A DNA stretch of 64,000 nt. It comes from Auanema rhodensis (taxonomy: Eukaryota; Animalia; Nematoda). How positions within the stretch are numbered: position 1 is the stretch's first letter; each line of letters begins with the position of its first letter. The stretch is taken from contig OZ059898.1 in NCBI GenBank assembly GCA_964057225.1, positions 10,788,001-10,852,000 on the forward strand. The letters are read 5' to 3'. The position numbers and the translations under genes are program-made. Of the stretch, positions 13,936 through 26,700 are shown piece by piece. The notes under the pieces were generated by a model. It saw only the letters and a list, made by a program, of their open reading frames with translations. It did not search any database and was not told the origin of the DNA.

Positions 13936-14261
13936 ACGTAGTTCAATATTTGGACGGCTTGAGCGTACATCACTGGATGGCTGTTACCGAGTACGCGCCG
14001 GTTAGGTCGACCGCTCTCCATGTCCCAGCGGCCTAGGCCGTCTATAAGCCCGCCTGTGCCCTGTGCCTGCCATATCCCGTATGTTGTCCGCTAAAAGTTG
14101 TTTTTGTAATCCTTTAACCCTCTGGTTGCTACTCTTTAAATTTTTGTTATGTAGAATAATAATACTAATAATCAATATCTCGACCACTTTATACTACCCC
14201 TGTTATGTTGGCCACTCTATATTAAACTACCTGAAACTGAGGTTCATATATCTACAGATAC

Positions 14262-14403
14262 GCTGTGGTAATCCCCTCATACCATCAGCCTTTAGGTAAT
14301 CAATGATACAATCTTTCTTTCTTCGTAATTATGAGGTTAATATCTCAACAGTCATACTAGGCTGTTACCCCTCCTCATTACACCAGCCTTTAGGTAATTA
14401 ATG
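14262..14403 (+). repeat. Imperfect two-copy direct repeat in the alg-1 3'UTR
   Basis: gctgtggtaatcccctcataccatCAGCCTTTAGGTAATcaatg (14262-14305) and ggctgttacccctcctcattacacCAGCCTTTAGGTAATtaatg (14360-14403) share an identical 15-nt core. Confidence 0.8.
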
Positions 14404-17400
14404 TTAAGTTTTCTTTTTTTTTCTCTAATTTGCCAAGACGTTCTTTCTCATAAGCGTTTCACTAAGTCCACTCTGATGTGTTTCATGGCTTAGTGCCCTG
14501 TTTAACATATGTTCTTTAATTTGCTCTATTTCGATTCATTTTGCATATATCGTAAGTGCACACCCCAAAGATAACGGAAACTATATGAAATTATAGCTCT
14601 TATGATGATCTTTTACAGGCAGGCTTTCATATTAGTCACCCAATGTTTCTTTGGTAGCAATAATATTGTATGTTTCCATGAAAGGAATAAACTTCAGCCA
14701 GATATTGTTTGATGCCTGTTTTTATACATTGATTATGTTGAAGAAGGAAATGAGAATTAAGAATTTATAAATATTTAAACCTTCAATTAAAATAAGTTGT
14801 TAACATTGCAAATTTGTCGTTTATGTGAATCATTTTGTTTTGATTCATATTTCGTCACTCTTATCAAGCTTTGCATAATAAAAAAATATTTAAACAAGCT
14901 CTGTTAACTAGCCATGGTAAACAATTTGTCTATAGGTATTGGAAATGGTGTACATCATAATAATTTCATTACCGAAAGTGATTGTATAATTTTTCCTATT
15001 TGGAAATTTGTTACATTTTCCTCGCATTGAATGTAAAATAAAAGTTGCAAACGTTTAATCTTTTATAATTTACATTTTAAATGTTTCGCATCCCTCATGT
15101 GCTTATTATTTACTATGGATGAGTTTTCATTTTTTTTCTATTTCATTATCATTCTTATTGAATTTCGCATTTTACTGTAATCTAGTGCCTGCTTATCTTT
15201 TCCTTATTTTTTATTTAAAACTTTTATTTTGGATTGCATGCATCCTAAAACATTGAATTATGATTCATTAATATAATGGTTAGGCTTATTTGGAATATTT
15301 CTCTAGACATAACGAGTTATTTTTATCTTATCGTCAGTACCAGGTGATACATTCATTATTCATTGAGCGTCACATTATTAATTCAAAACGTATTTATTAA
15401 TTTTTATTATTCATTCTCTTCTTGATTTTGGTTTTTTTTATCTATTTGGTTGAGTTAAATCAAGTATTCTAAACGGTCCCCAAACCCCGGAAAATTAGCT
15501 TTTTGTGTTTGCTTGCCATAAGACCTTTTCGGTTGTCATGGTCACAGAGAGAGGGGGGCTCCGGGGCGTGTTATTGTCCTATGACGTACAATTTCTTTTA
15601 TAAATATTCTTTTTCTTATTTTATAAAAAGTCTTCGTTCAACTGTTTAATAAATTCAATTCATCATCTGAATCATTCATATTGTTATCTTTTTTTCAAAT
15701 ATTGTTAAACAAAGAATTATTTTTCTTATATTCCACACTACATCCGATACCAAATATAATATTATATTTTCTGTTTGTTGAAATGTCAATCCTATACTTT
15801 CCGCTCTCGGTCTATATTAGATGAAGAAGAGGTTATTCAGTTGCTAAGCAACTATAGTTGATTATAAGAGCCAAGATAAAAATAGAATAATAGTTGATGT
15901 ATTTGCTTGAGAATTTCATCTCATTCGTATTATTTTTCTAAGTTTTCGATTAAAATTTCTAAAGTGATATCTAACAAAGTAAAAGCTATATATTTATAGA
16001 TAGAAAATCCAATGTGTTGTGATAAGAGAGAACATGGATGAATTTGAATTTAGAAAATTGTTTTTATAAAATAGCTTAGTGTTTGCTATTAGAAATATAC
16101 GAAGGTGATGTTGTGCCTGTGTTCTAATTTCAGTGATAAAGTAAAATATAAGTTAAACAAGTAATCTGTGTCACAAGCGAACCACAATTTAGATTTCCTA
16201 TGTGTGCACTTAAAATATTGGCGTTACCGTATGTGCAAACAGCTTTTTTAACTTCGGAAAGTATATAGAGTTGATTTTCGTGCTCAGCAGAGAAATGCCG
16301 CATATTAGAGGTAGAGAAGAACAAAAAAATTGAGATGAATGATAGGAAGAGTGTGTCGACTGGAGATGAATTGAGAGTTTGAAAAAGTAGTGATAATGTA
16401 TGTGCTTGAATGCTTTCACTAATCTTCTGTGCCATATGAAATGCACATACATACGTATGTTGTTTTATATATAATATTTAACTAAGATGCTTGAGTTAAC
16501 TCGATTGATTTGAACCCTACAGAATAGCTCGGTGTATTTCTAGTAGTACTTATTGAGAGTAAAAACGAATTGAACCATTTGAAAGAGCCGAAGAACATGA
16601 GAAGAGGGTGTATGAAATCTGAAGAATGAGTGTGAGTTGAATGACAAGTACCAGTTTGAGCATATCGTGTTGAATGTCATCCCGTATGTTCCCGTGTAAG
16701 GCAATCAAAAGTAAATAAACCCTTGCCCTCTATGTAGACTTCTCGAAACAACAGTAAAAGAACAACGAAAAGTACAAGCAACATTCCAATTCATTGAATT
16801 ATGATCAATAGACTATTATGCATCGTACATGAATTCTAAATCTAGTACTCTGTTCGTGAACTGTATCGTCACTGTACAGCTGTTTGTGAAAACTGTCGTT
16901 AACAGCTTCCACGTTCGACTTACTTTTTCTTGAAGTTGATTCATATACCTGGCACATTTAACAGGTTCCTTTTTCCTCACGTATTCTCTCTATATTTCCG
17001 AGAATACACAATGAAATAAGAGGGTCAAAGAGAAATATATAGAGAGATAGAGAGAGAAATATTGATTATTGGTAGAGTGAGGTTGTCGTTGACTGCGCAA
17101 ATAGGCCAATTCTACTATTCTTCATGAGTCACGGTTATACCGCAGCTATTGATACCTTTGCTCTGAATGCAGCAATATTCCATACGTTTCTTGTTTTAGA
17201 TCCAATGAATGCCATTAGATAATTGTGCTATACAAGTCACTTCTCATGTTTCATCTCCTAACCAACTCTCACGTTTTTATGTCACCTAGCACTATGTTAT
17301 CTCATCCAACATCACTTATTTCCTTTCTAAATATATTGAAAAAAGTCTTGAATTTTTTTTAGATTTAGAAAAAATTAAGAAATTCTAAATTTTATAACAG

Positions 17401-17885
17401 TACACTTTTTGCTCGTAAAGCAGATTCTATTTGAGATGCTTGAAACCTGGCTGAAACCTTCTCCTATTTCATTCAGCTTTAAATGGAAAAATAGCCTGAA
17501 TATGACGAGAACAAGACTTGCATACTTCTACTTTTCTCAATACCTATTTCATATGCAAATCATTCGTTCTTTCACTATGTTACAAAAGTACGGGGGGATT
17601 TTTTTAACGTTTCCTAAGCGCTTATTAGCAATCTTAAACTATTTATTGTCATTTATTTTGTATTTACATTGAAATTCTTTAATATTCATTTATCTGCCAA
17701 TTTATGATATATTAACTGACATAACATAAATGTGAACGTACTCTCAGACATTTGGCTCAGCTGTCGATTATTCGTCTTCCGTATTCGTTCCATTGTTTAT
17801 TTGTTCTGACCATCATCCGTACTGTTCGAATTCAATAAAACATGTTAACATTACTTTTTACTTATTTACAGTTTTGGCAATCTAC

Positions 17886-20144
17886 ATGCGTGACAGATTC
17901 GCGGAATTCCAGGTATTGCCTAATTTTGTTTTTCTATAATATATCAAAATAAAAGATAAAAAGCAACCGCCGTTGTATGACTCATGTAAAAAAATGATGG
18001 CGTGGGCGAATTCACGTACTGTATGTAACCAATATTTATAAATATGAAATGGCGTTTTTACGATATAAAACCTATGTACAATACTGATTCTTAGTTTAAT
18101 TTTCAGAAAACCATAGATCATTTTGATGAGGTGGAACTCGGAACTCCTCGGCCGCAATCTGCTGCAGATCGTCTTGATCAACGAATAAAGGTTCGTTTCA
18201 TAAATTTTGTCCAGTTCATTTCATTATTCTTGGCAAATATCAAAGTGTTCAGTAGTAAAATTAACTAATTCAAGTTTGCGAACCCTAGAAACTTAGAATA
18301 ATTTCATTTTTAATTCTCATTATATTCAAAATGGATTATCTAGTAAAACGGAAAATTGTGTTAAAACTTTGTGCGAATATGCTTTGTAATACAAATGATT
18401 TAAACGTTATCCAAAATTAATACAAACAGCCTTCGTTCATAAATATGTATTAGTGTTTCGTATGAAAAAAAAACAGCCAAAATCAATCAAGGAAATCTTT
18501 CTATTTATTCTTCATGCAACATTGCTTAACTAGGATTACACAGTTCTAATAGATTTGTATCAGTGAAACCAATTCAATTTAATGCTCAAAAAACGATTTT
18601 TACTCTTAAATATCTAAATCACTTACAAGATTAAACACACATCTTGCATATACTTACAATTCCTTTTCTGTAGGATGTACGGCTAGCTCTCGATAAAATT
18701 ACATCGGAATTGGAAAATTTGAAACGCAAACAGACACAAATCTTATCTCTCACAATAGCGGATCCAAGAGATAAAGTATGCATTTTTACATTTTGCAACA
18801 AATAATTTAATTATCACAGGATGTTCTTGAAAATCAAATATCTACAATAAGACGAAGCACGAACGATTTGAGGAAAGCAGTTAAAGAAATTGATGACGAA
18901 TTTTTAGAATTTACCCGCGGTTAGTCTTTGTTGTATTTGCTTTGTTTTGTTATTAGTTCTTTAATGTTTCCCAATATGTTTCTATAACATAGTTTAAATA
19001 GCAGATAAGCATAATTATGTTCAGTTGCCCATTCAAATGCTGAAGTTCGGATGAGAAAAAATCAGATCGATTTATTAAGACAGAAGCTTGCTCACCTTAT
19101 GACATCGTTCCATGAAGCCCATTCGGATTACAGAACACGAGTATCAGGTATGCTAACTTGATTTGAAGTAATGTAAGATGATTTAGTAAAGGTGAGTGGT
19201 CAATGACCAAATTTGCATTACTCGGAAACATTACAAAAAAAAGACGGAAGAAAAACTTTGAAACAATTGACTCACAATAACTGTCGCATTCCAATAGAGC
19301 TTTTTTTCTTGATACATGGTGAAAAGTTAAATACAATACATACTTTCGTTCAAACAACTGTTCTACAAGAATTCTTAGCTAACAATGACTATTGAAGAAG
19401 AGGTTTTTGAACGTAGGCAATCGATTGCTCATAGGCACAAAGCTTATGAAGACTTTCCTTTAGGATAAAATGTTTAGTACGTTACTCTGAACAATGCAAC
19501 ACAATTAAATACAATTAACTAAGCTTGGAAATTTTTCTATTGTTTTTGTTTAGTTAGAGTACGACGTCAACTTCAAGCTGTTGGTGGAAACGCTTCTGAT
19601 GCCGATATTGATCGGGCACTGGAAGCAGGGAATGCTGATAAGGTTAGTTATCTTACAGCACACATCAATGAAATAAATCGTCTTTCCATTCAAAAAAAAA
19701 CAAATAACAACAAACTTATCGAAAAAATTGTTTCCTTTTTCAGCTTTTCTATGGTGAGCTGAACCCGCTATCTATAACGGAGCGTGCTACACTAGAAGAT
19801 GTTAAAAAACGGCATAATGAGATAGTAGAATTAGAAAAAAGCATAGCAACTTTAGAAGAAATAGCAACTGATATACAACATTTGGTGGAAATTCAGGTTT
19901 TTTATAACTCTTTAAATAGTATATTTATCCTTTCTAGAGTGAAATGGTGGATAATATAGAAAGGAATGTTGAGGATACAACTCAATATGTACACCAAGGG
20001 TCTCGGAATGTTAAACAAGCAGTTGAGTATAAGAAAAGTGCCCTTCGAAAAAAGATTTGCGTGATCACTATTCTAATAGCCATCGTATTACTGCTCATAA
20101 TTGTAGCCATTATCTTAGCCGTTGTCCTTTCTGGACGAAAATAA
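17886..20144 (+). CDS. syx-2: Plasma-membrane-type syntaxin (Qa-SNARE), SYX-2 orthologue
   Basis: MRDRFAEFQ|KTIDHFDEVELGTPRPQSAADRLD...ILSLTIADPRDK...RVRRQLQ...LEDVKKRHNEIVELEKSIATLEEI...EMVDNIERNVE...KKSALRKK, followed by a C-terminal TM helix. Matches the recalled C. elegans SYX-2. Confidence 0.88.
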
Positions 20145-21365
20145 TTTGTCTTTTCAGGAAACTTCAAACTACTAAAAAGCATATTAGAAATTCCTAGTCC
20201 TTGACACTGGTCCCGATAGTTGAGTATATCTCAACTGACTTTTCATAGATTACTTTGTTGACCAAAACTTAACTTTTGGAAATAGATGTCTTTCTTCTCT
20301 TCTTTGCGCCCCTCTACACATCACCTTTCTTTACTTCAATACAAATTTTAATCTGTTTCTGAAAAGCAGATAATATTTTTTTTCAAAAATTTTAAAATGA
20401 CAAAGAAAAGAAATATACATCTTTTTTTAAAATTTCGCCTTCGCCCTTTATTGTCATGGTTGACCAACTGAGGAACCTGCTGCCGGCTTCGCCTTTTACA
20501 GACTTCAGGGTCCATCCTTCTTCACTTACAAGTGTTCCTTTTGAAAAACTAAAGAATATAATACTGGTACAACCTAACAAAACGAGAAATTCACACAATA
20601 TTGCATATCAAGAAAAATTTATTGTATTATACACATAAAAAGGGAAATAAATATTTTTTTGTATTTCATAAAATTAAATATTTTATTAAATCATTAAGTT
20701 TTTAAGTATAATATTTAAAAAAAACCAGAAATAAATACATGATTTGTGAGCAAGATACATATTATTGACAAACTTTTTAACCAGCTTTACGAAAAAAAAT
20801 CCAACAAGTACAACAGTTTATATCTTGCATTGTTTTTTAATACTATATATATATATAGTATTAAAATCATAAACGTTCTTCCTGTGCTGTCCATGACACT
20901 GAAAATTATCTATAGCGGGGAAAATATTTATGGTTGATCTATTATAGATATATATCTTGCATAAGTCGAAAGGTTATCAAATGGTAAAGAAAATATCTTT
21001 TTTCATATTATTATCAAAATCCAATTATATAATATGAATTAAAACGATAAAATTCTACACAGAGAAATCATTGAAGCTCTCATAGCTTATGCAAACAGTA
21101 AATTATTTTATTACCATTTATATTATGAAATGTTTATTGTGGCACTATCAAGCTATATTCTTTGTAAGCTTGAAGAATGAAAGAAGACTTGGTTGAAAAG
21201 AGAAACTCGTTTTTCCTATTAAATAATTATGGAAATTTCTGTACTCAAATAATGAAACATAGACGTTTAATTATAGGTAACATTACGTATTGAACCCCTT
21301 ATCGTGTATTGACGCAAAAGTCAGCGGGGTGGTAATACGAAATTAATTTTGCTTGGTTAAAAAAG

Positions 21366-22723
21366 ATGAAAGCTACGGGAAAATCAGTTTTATTAGGTGG
21401 AACAACACTTGTGATATGTTATACGATATACAAAAGGTAATTATTGAACTTTTGAAATTACCGATGTTATTTCTTTTTATAGTAAAGAAAATATTTGGAA
21501 ATATTTGAGATATTGCCTAGACTCATATTTAGATTTAGGAACGCCATCCTCTTCTAAAGGTACCTTATTATTGCTTAAAGTAAGACATATGTATCTATAA
21601 ATGCATTATTCTAGAGAAAGTTATAACTGAATATTTGATGATTCCCAATGAAGCTGTAAGCTATATTCTAGGAAAGCATGGTGAAAACATCTTGAATATT
21701 GAAAGACAGACTAAGGTTTTTCTTAAGCATTTTTTCGTTTTCATTATTTACGTCTAGGTATTTTTGAGAGTAGTGAGTTCTTCTTGGAATATAGTAAAAG
21801 AAGAGCCAAAAGAATCCGAACAAAACCCGATGTTTGATAACAACTTGCTAGACTATGGCGATAACTCAGACATGAAATCGGAAAAATATTATTTTGTGAA
21901 AATGCAGTCGTTGCGTCAAGAGAATGTACATTTTTTCATTTTTTAGATTATTAATTCATATTTTCTAGATTCATTTGGCACTTGTGGCCTTGAAATCCTT
22001 ACTTACTCAGTACCACGAAGTTCGGGATGAGGACAAGATTGAAGTGCCAGCAGAAGCAGTAGGACATGTGATTGGTTAGTCATATGTTTCTCTTGAGATA
22101 TCTTTTCGATTAAATTGAGAAACTTCTTGAGGAACTTAAATAGTCCTGTCACATACTTGAAATTTCATTCTAGCTGGTTTTTCTTTCATCAAGTTTCTTT
22201 TTTAGGCGTGCGTGGATGTCATATCAGAAACATTTGTAAAGTAAATAAGGTTCAAATTCGGGTATTAATAATTTTGCGTATTTGTTACATTTCCTTTGTT
22301 CATTTTCATTCTAGATCGAAAATTGTTCCAACTCTAGCGCTGTTTTTCATTTATATGGCCCGACAGAAAGAGTTAGTATTGCAAAGGTATTATTAATTGT
22401 CTCATAATGATTAATTTAATAAATTAACTATTTAAGGACTTGATATGTAGACGAATCCGTTTCTCTAAAAATATATCGATAGAGGAAGAAATCCAACAAG
22501 CTAAACAGGTACTTTTATCTTTTCTTTCCAAATTAATATTTACTGTTGACGACCTTGATAAACAAATATGAAATCACTTAGTAACTTCTTTCCAACCGTC
22601 TTTTATTTGCGACGGTGTTAAGATATTTGAAGACAATGGTAATTTTGTATGCCAAATTAAGCTTCTTCCACTCGAAGCTTACCCTAAATTGTCTCTTCTA
22701 TCGGAAGCATTCATGAGCCTTTA
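21366..22723 (+). CDS. Small protein with N-terminal hydrophobic anchor and two KH domains (TDRKH/Papi-like architecture, no complete Tudor domain)
   Basis: MKATGKSVLLGGTTLVICYTIYK anchor; KH1 ILMIPNEAVSYILGKHGENILNIERQTK; KH2 IEVPAEAVGHVIG|VRGCHIRNICKVNKVQI...IYGPTERVSIAK. The 3' end is ambiguous: stop at 22582-22584 or at 22721-22723, depending on the acceptor. Confidence 0.7.
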
Positions 22724-23788
22724 GAATGTTACAATACTAAAACTACTTCAGTGCTTCCCCTCCCTTTTCATAGAATTCGCATTATTTCCAACTATAACAA
22801 ATAATTTTTAAGGAAATTTCTCACTTTGAGATACAGACAGGAAACGAATGGTGGTAATCACCTTTAAAATCCTCGAGCACTCGTAAAACAACTATAATTT
22901 GTTGATTTCTGATTTTTGAGCTTATGAAGCATTGGTTTGTTTAAATCTTTATTTTGTGTCATTAAATCTTTTTATTAAATCTTATACCAACGACAAAATA
23001 CATGGAGAATTCTTCTAATAACAAAGCAAATCCCTAAGGGAACCAATCTACCGTACAATCTCTATGAGTAAACGAAGTAGTGATCGGTGATAAAGTAGAA
23101 TAAAAAGAAAAAAGAAGAGCAGGTGTCAAAAGAAAAGCGATCACTACCCAGCTTACAAAACAAATCGGAATTGTTAGACGAGAAACTCGAAATGTGGTTA
23201 TATTATTAGAAAAGTTCAACGTGATCACATTTACGAAAAAAGAACAAATCTCTAGAATTGTCCAAAAATTTAAACATGCAGAGTGGGAATTAAGAAGGAA
23301 ACATGGTAGAGACAAACATGTCGTTATGTGAACGACATAAGAATAGATGGATGGACGGGCGGATGAATGAACGAACGAGGGGTAGCAGGAGCAAATGGAG
23401 ATAAACAGAAACACCCTAGACGAAGAAATCCTAAGACATACGGGATGTGGTAGCTTGACTACATCCCAACCTCAAGGCGCCTACTTGGGCTGAGAGACCT
23501 CAAGATACACGCAATGAACTACAACAAAATCAGTCCATACATAGTGGAGAAGACGAAGGTGTGTGAATTACGTAACATTACTACACAAGTGAGCACGTGG
23601 GAGATGGAGAGAAGGAGAAAAGGAGAATAAAGATAGATAGAGAGAGGACGAACAAAGACTGTTTTGAGCAATTTTCGGACATCCAATTCTCATATCATAA
23701 AATCTTTTTTAGGAAGCAAATTAATAGGCTAGGGATTCTCTTATTCTATCGAACTAGGGCTTGGTTAAGACTACACCATGTTAAGAGA

Positions 23789-26700
23789 TTATCGGCTCGA
23801 GCTGGCCACGATTGGCTTGTCTTCTGCGAACACCTCAAAGTGGACCATACCCAATCGAGTGCTAATATCGTGCTCAATGTTCAAAGCATAGGCACGGCAT
23901 TCAACGAATACAAGCTTATTCTTGGGAATCTTCTCAAATTTAACCATTGCCTGAAAAAATATTAATTTCTATCATCAAATATGTTGTTGCAATTTTATCT
24001 CGGCCATTGTAAAATTAATAAAAAAATTCAAAACAATTGATAACAAAGGGTAAATTTAAGCCGTTCAGTTCAGGAAGCCTTAAGTAATCAAAATTACTAG
24101 CATTCCCCTATATCCTTTGAAAGCTTCTCTCAGCTAGTTTATTCAATTCGAAATGCGGAAAATTGATTAGCCCTCTCATTGCACATCCCTGCACTACAAC
24201 ACAACATGACTTGGTTTGGAAAAAGCAAGAGGAAACTGGACTACACTCATACTCTCCTGCATAAGAATTGTAAATTGGATTGAAAACTTACGATAGGTTG
24301 ATGATAGTTGGGGACAAACTTGTATGGATAATATTTTCCATCAATGCCCTCTGGTGGAATGTATTTTGGCTTCCCTATGTTCTCCTTATCTGCATCAGTC
24401 TAAAAATAGAAAAAACTAAAATGAGTTGTGGACATCTGAAGTCAGAATTTGAATTATCAATGAGCCAGAATAAAAGGTATAATCAATAAAAGAACACTTA
24501 CAGTTCCATCACAGTAGATAGCGATAGAGCCATTCTTGTAACGATCCTTGATGGGTTCTGGAACAGATCCAACTGGGTAGTTAAGTGGTTGCCAACCAAT
24601 CAAACGATTCAAAGAAAGAACAACACATGGCTAAAAAACGAGATGAGAAGCTCTTCAAATAATATCACAAGAAAACTTACAGATCCATCCTTAAATCCAT
24701 AGGCGTCCTTAGCTCCACATCCGTTTTTGTTGAAGTCGTCCAAACTGAAGCGGCAGGGCTGCAAAAGTGAAACTTATAACAACTATTTCCAAATGCAACA
24801 GTACCTGGATATCTCCCTCTCCGAGATCGGAGTTGCTTTCGTTTCCTTTGCAGTCTCTGGTTCCATCACCGCCATCATAACGCTTCAAGTACTCAGAAAG
24901 CTGGTCAGTATAGCTTTTGTAAGTGGTCTCATCTCTGACGTTAAACTTGATAAGAGTAGAATCCGGATTCTCTTTGAGCCATGGTTGGTATCCAACTCCT
25001 GAAAAAAATAAAAATAAGCATCCCTGAGAAGAAGGATATTGTAGTGTTTTATCTTTTTCGATTCACCCCTTGTTATTGAGTCCATCGCATCATGAATGCA
25101 AGAACTTCATGACTGAATGTGCCCATAGTTGACAGAAGTGAGGCCTTCATATCTACTAGTCTACCAGTCAATGAAGCAAAAATGATGATATAATAACAAA
25201 CACTGGTTTTCATAGCTCTAATACACACGCGTTCTCATCTTTCCAGAGAATTTGATGCGTGTGATGATGAACGATAGTCTTTTTTTGAATTTTCTTTGAG
25301 CTTTTTCAGTTGGTTTGATAGCGCTCATTTGGCGCCATGACGAAGAGTTGGCAATAGCGTCAGCTCGTACAAAGCAGCTCAACCCAGTAGTATCGATTTG
25401 TTGAGCAAAGGCCATAAAACAAATTTGGTTCGAAAAATGCCATTCATTTCGTTCAATAAAGACCAAACCCTTAAGTATGCGTACTACATTAGCTGTTAAG
25501 TTGGCCTCAACTTCACAAGACAATTGTTTATTTGAGCAATGGATGTCGGAAAACGGATTATATTTTCATGTAGCTCAGAGGATAGATAAACAACAGAGCT
25601 CTGCCAGTGAACCTCTACACCACAACCATCAACACTAGCAGTAGCATTCGTAGAAGCAGAAGCTCCCAATTCAATCCAACAAAAAACATTTGCAGACCCC
25701 TCATCTTCTCAAAGAAAAAACTCGAAAAAGCATGTTGGTAACTCAAATTGCTATTTGTAGTGTAACTTGCTTTACAAAATTCAGATTTGTAGGCATTCTT
25801 ATCAAATGTTTCATGTTTCCCTTTATTTTGGCCCGTGCGAAGGAAAAACCGTCTTGTCTCACATTTCAAACACGCTTTTTATTTGATATGCGAGCACAAA
25901 ACAAACAGAAGTGAATTCACAGTACTGCGGGGCAAACGTAGTTCGAAACTTCCGAACAAACACTACCGTGAAAACTGCGTAAAATTCTGCCCCCGGATGA
26001 GGAGAAGCAGCTTCTCTTTTCCAAGAGAAAAATGAATATAAAGAACCTTGACTGTACCACCGTGAAACAGTGAAATTAAGGATTTTCAGGATTTTTTGAC
26101 TTCTTTCCGGAATTTGTCATAAAAAACTGAAGAAAAGAATAGCGAAAACAAATATATCTGGCACAGCTATTTCTTTTGCATAGTATTTTGACAGCTCATG
26201 AAGTCAATCAGCAATGACGTCAAACAGCTGCACAAAAGGATCTCAAAAGAAAAAGATGATAACAGAGATAGTATTCATTTCCATTTTGATAGAATTTGTT
26301 GCTTTATCTATATAAATATATGTATATATTAATCAATCTCTAATTCTTAGCAAAGCGTAATCCTCTTCAAGATGCTGTTCTGCCTACTTGAGTTATCAAA
26401 TCCTCCTTCTCTTTTCATATATATTAGATCACGAGGGATAAAACAGAATTTAACCTTTTCTGAGAGAAAAGTTCTCACATTAACATTCAATTAAGGTTCA
26501 AAATGCGTAAACTATTAACTTGACCAGTGTAATTCGTCATTTCTCAATATACAAAGTGCTTCAATGATTTTCAAAAGCAGGTATCATGATCAGCGAATGA
26601 CCGGTCAAATTCTCCTGGGCACATCTAATTGAACCCCCAAATACTTACACAAACACGGGACGTTGTCTTTCCCATACCACATGTGATCGGCCATTAAGAA

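Noticed and set aside
13933-13941. Stop-codon readthrough of alg-1, analogous to mammalian AGO1x
   Set aside because: The TAA stop is followed after one codon by an in-frame TAG, so no extension is possible.
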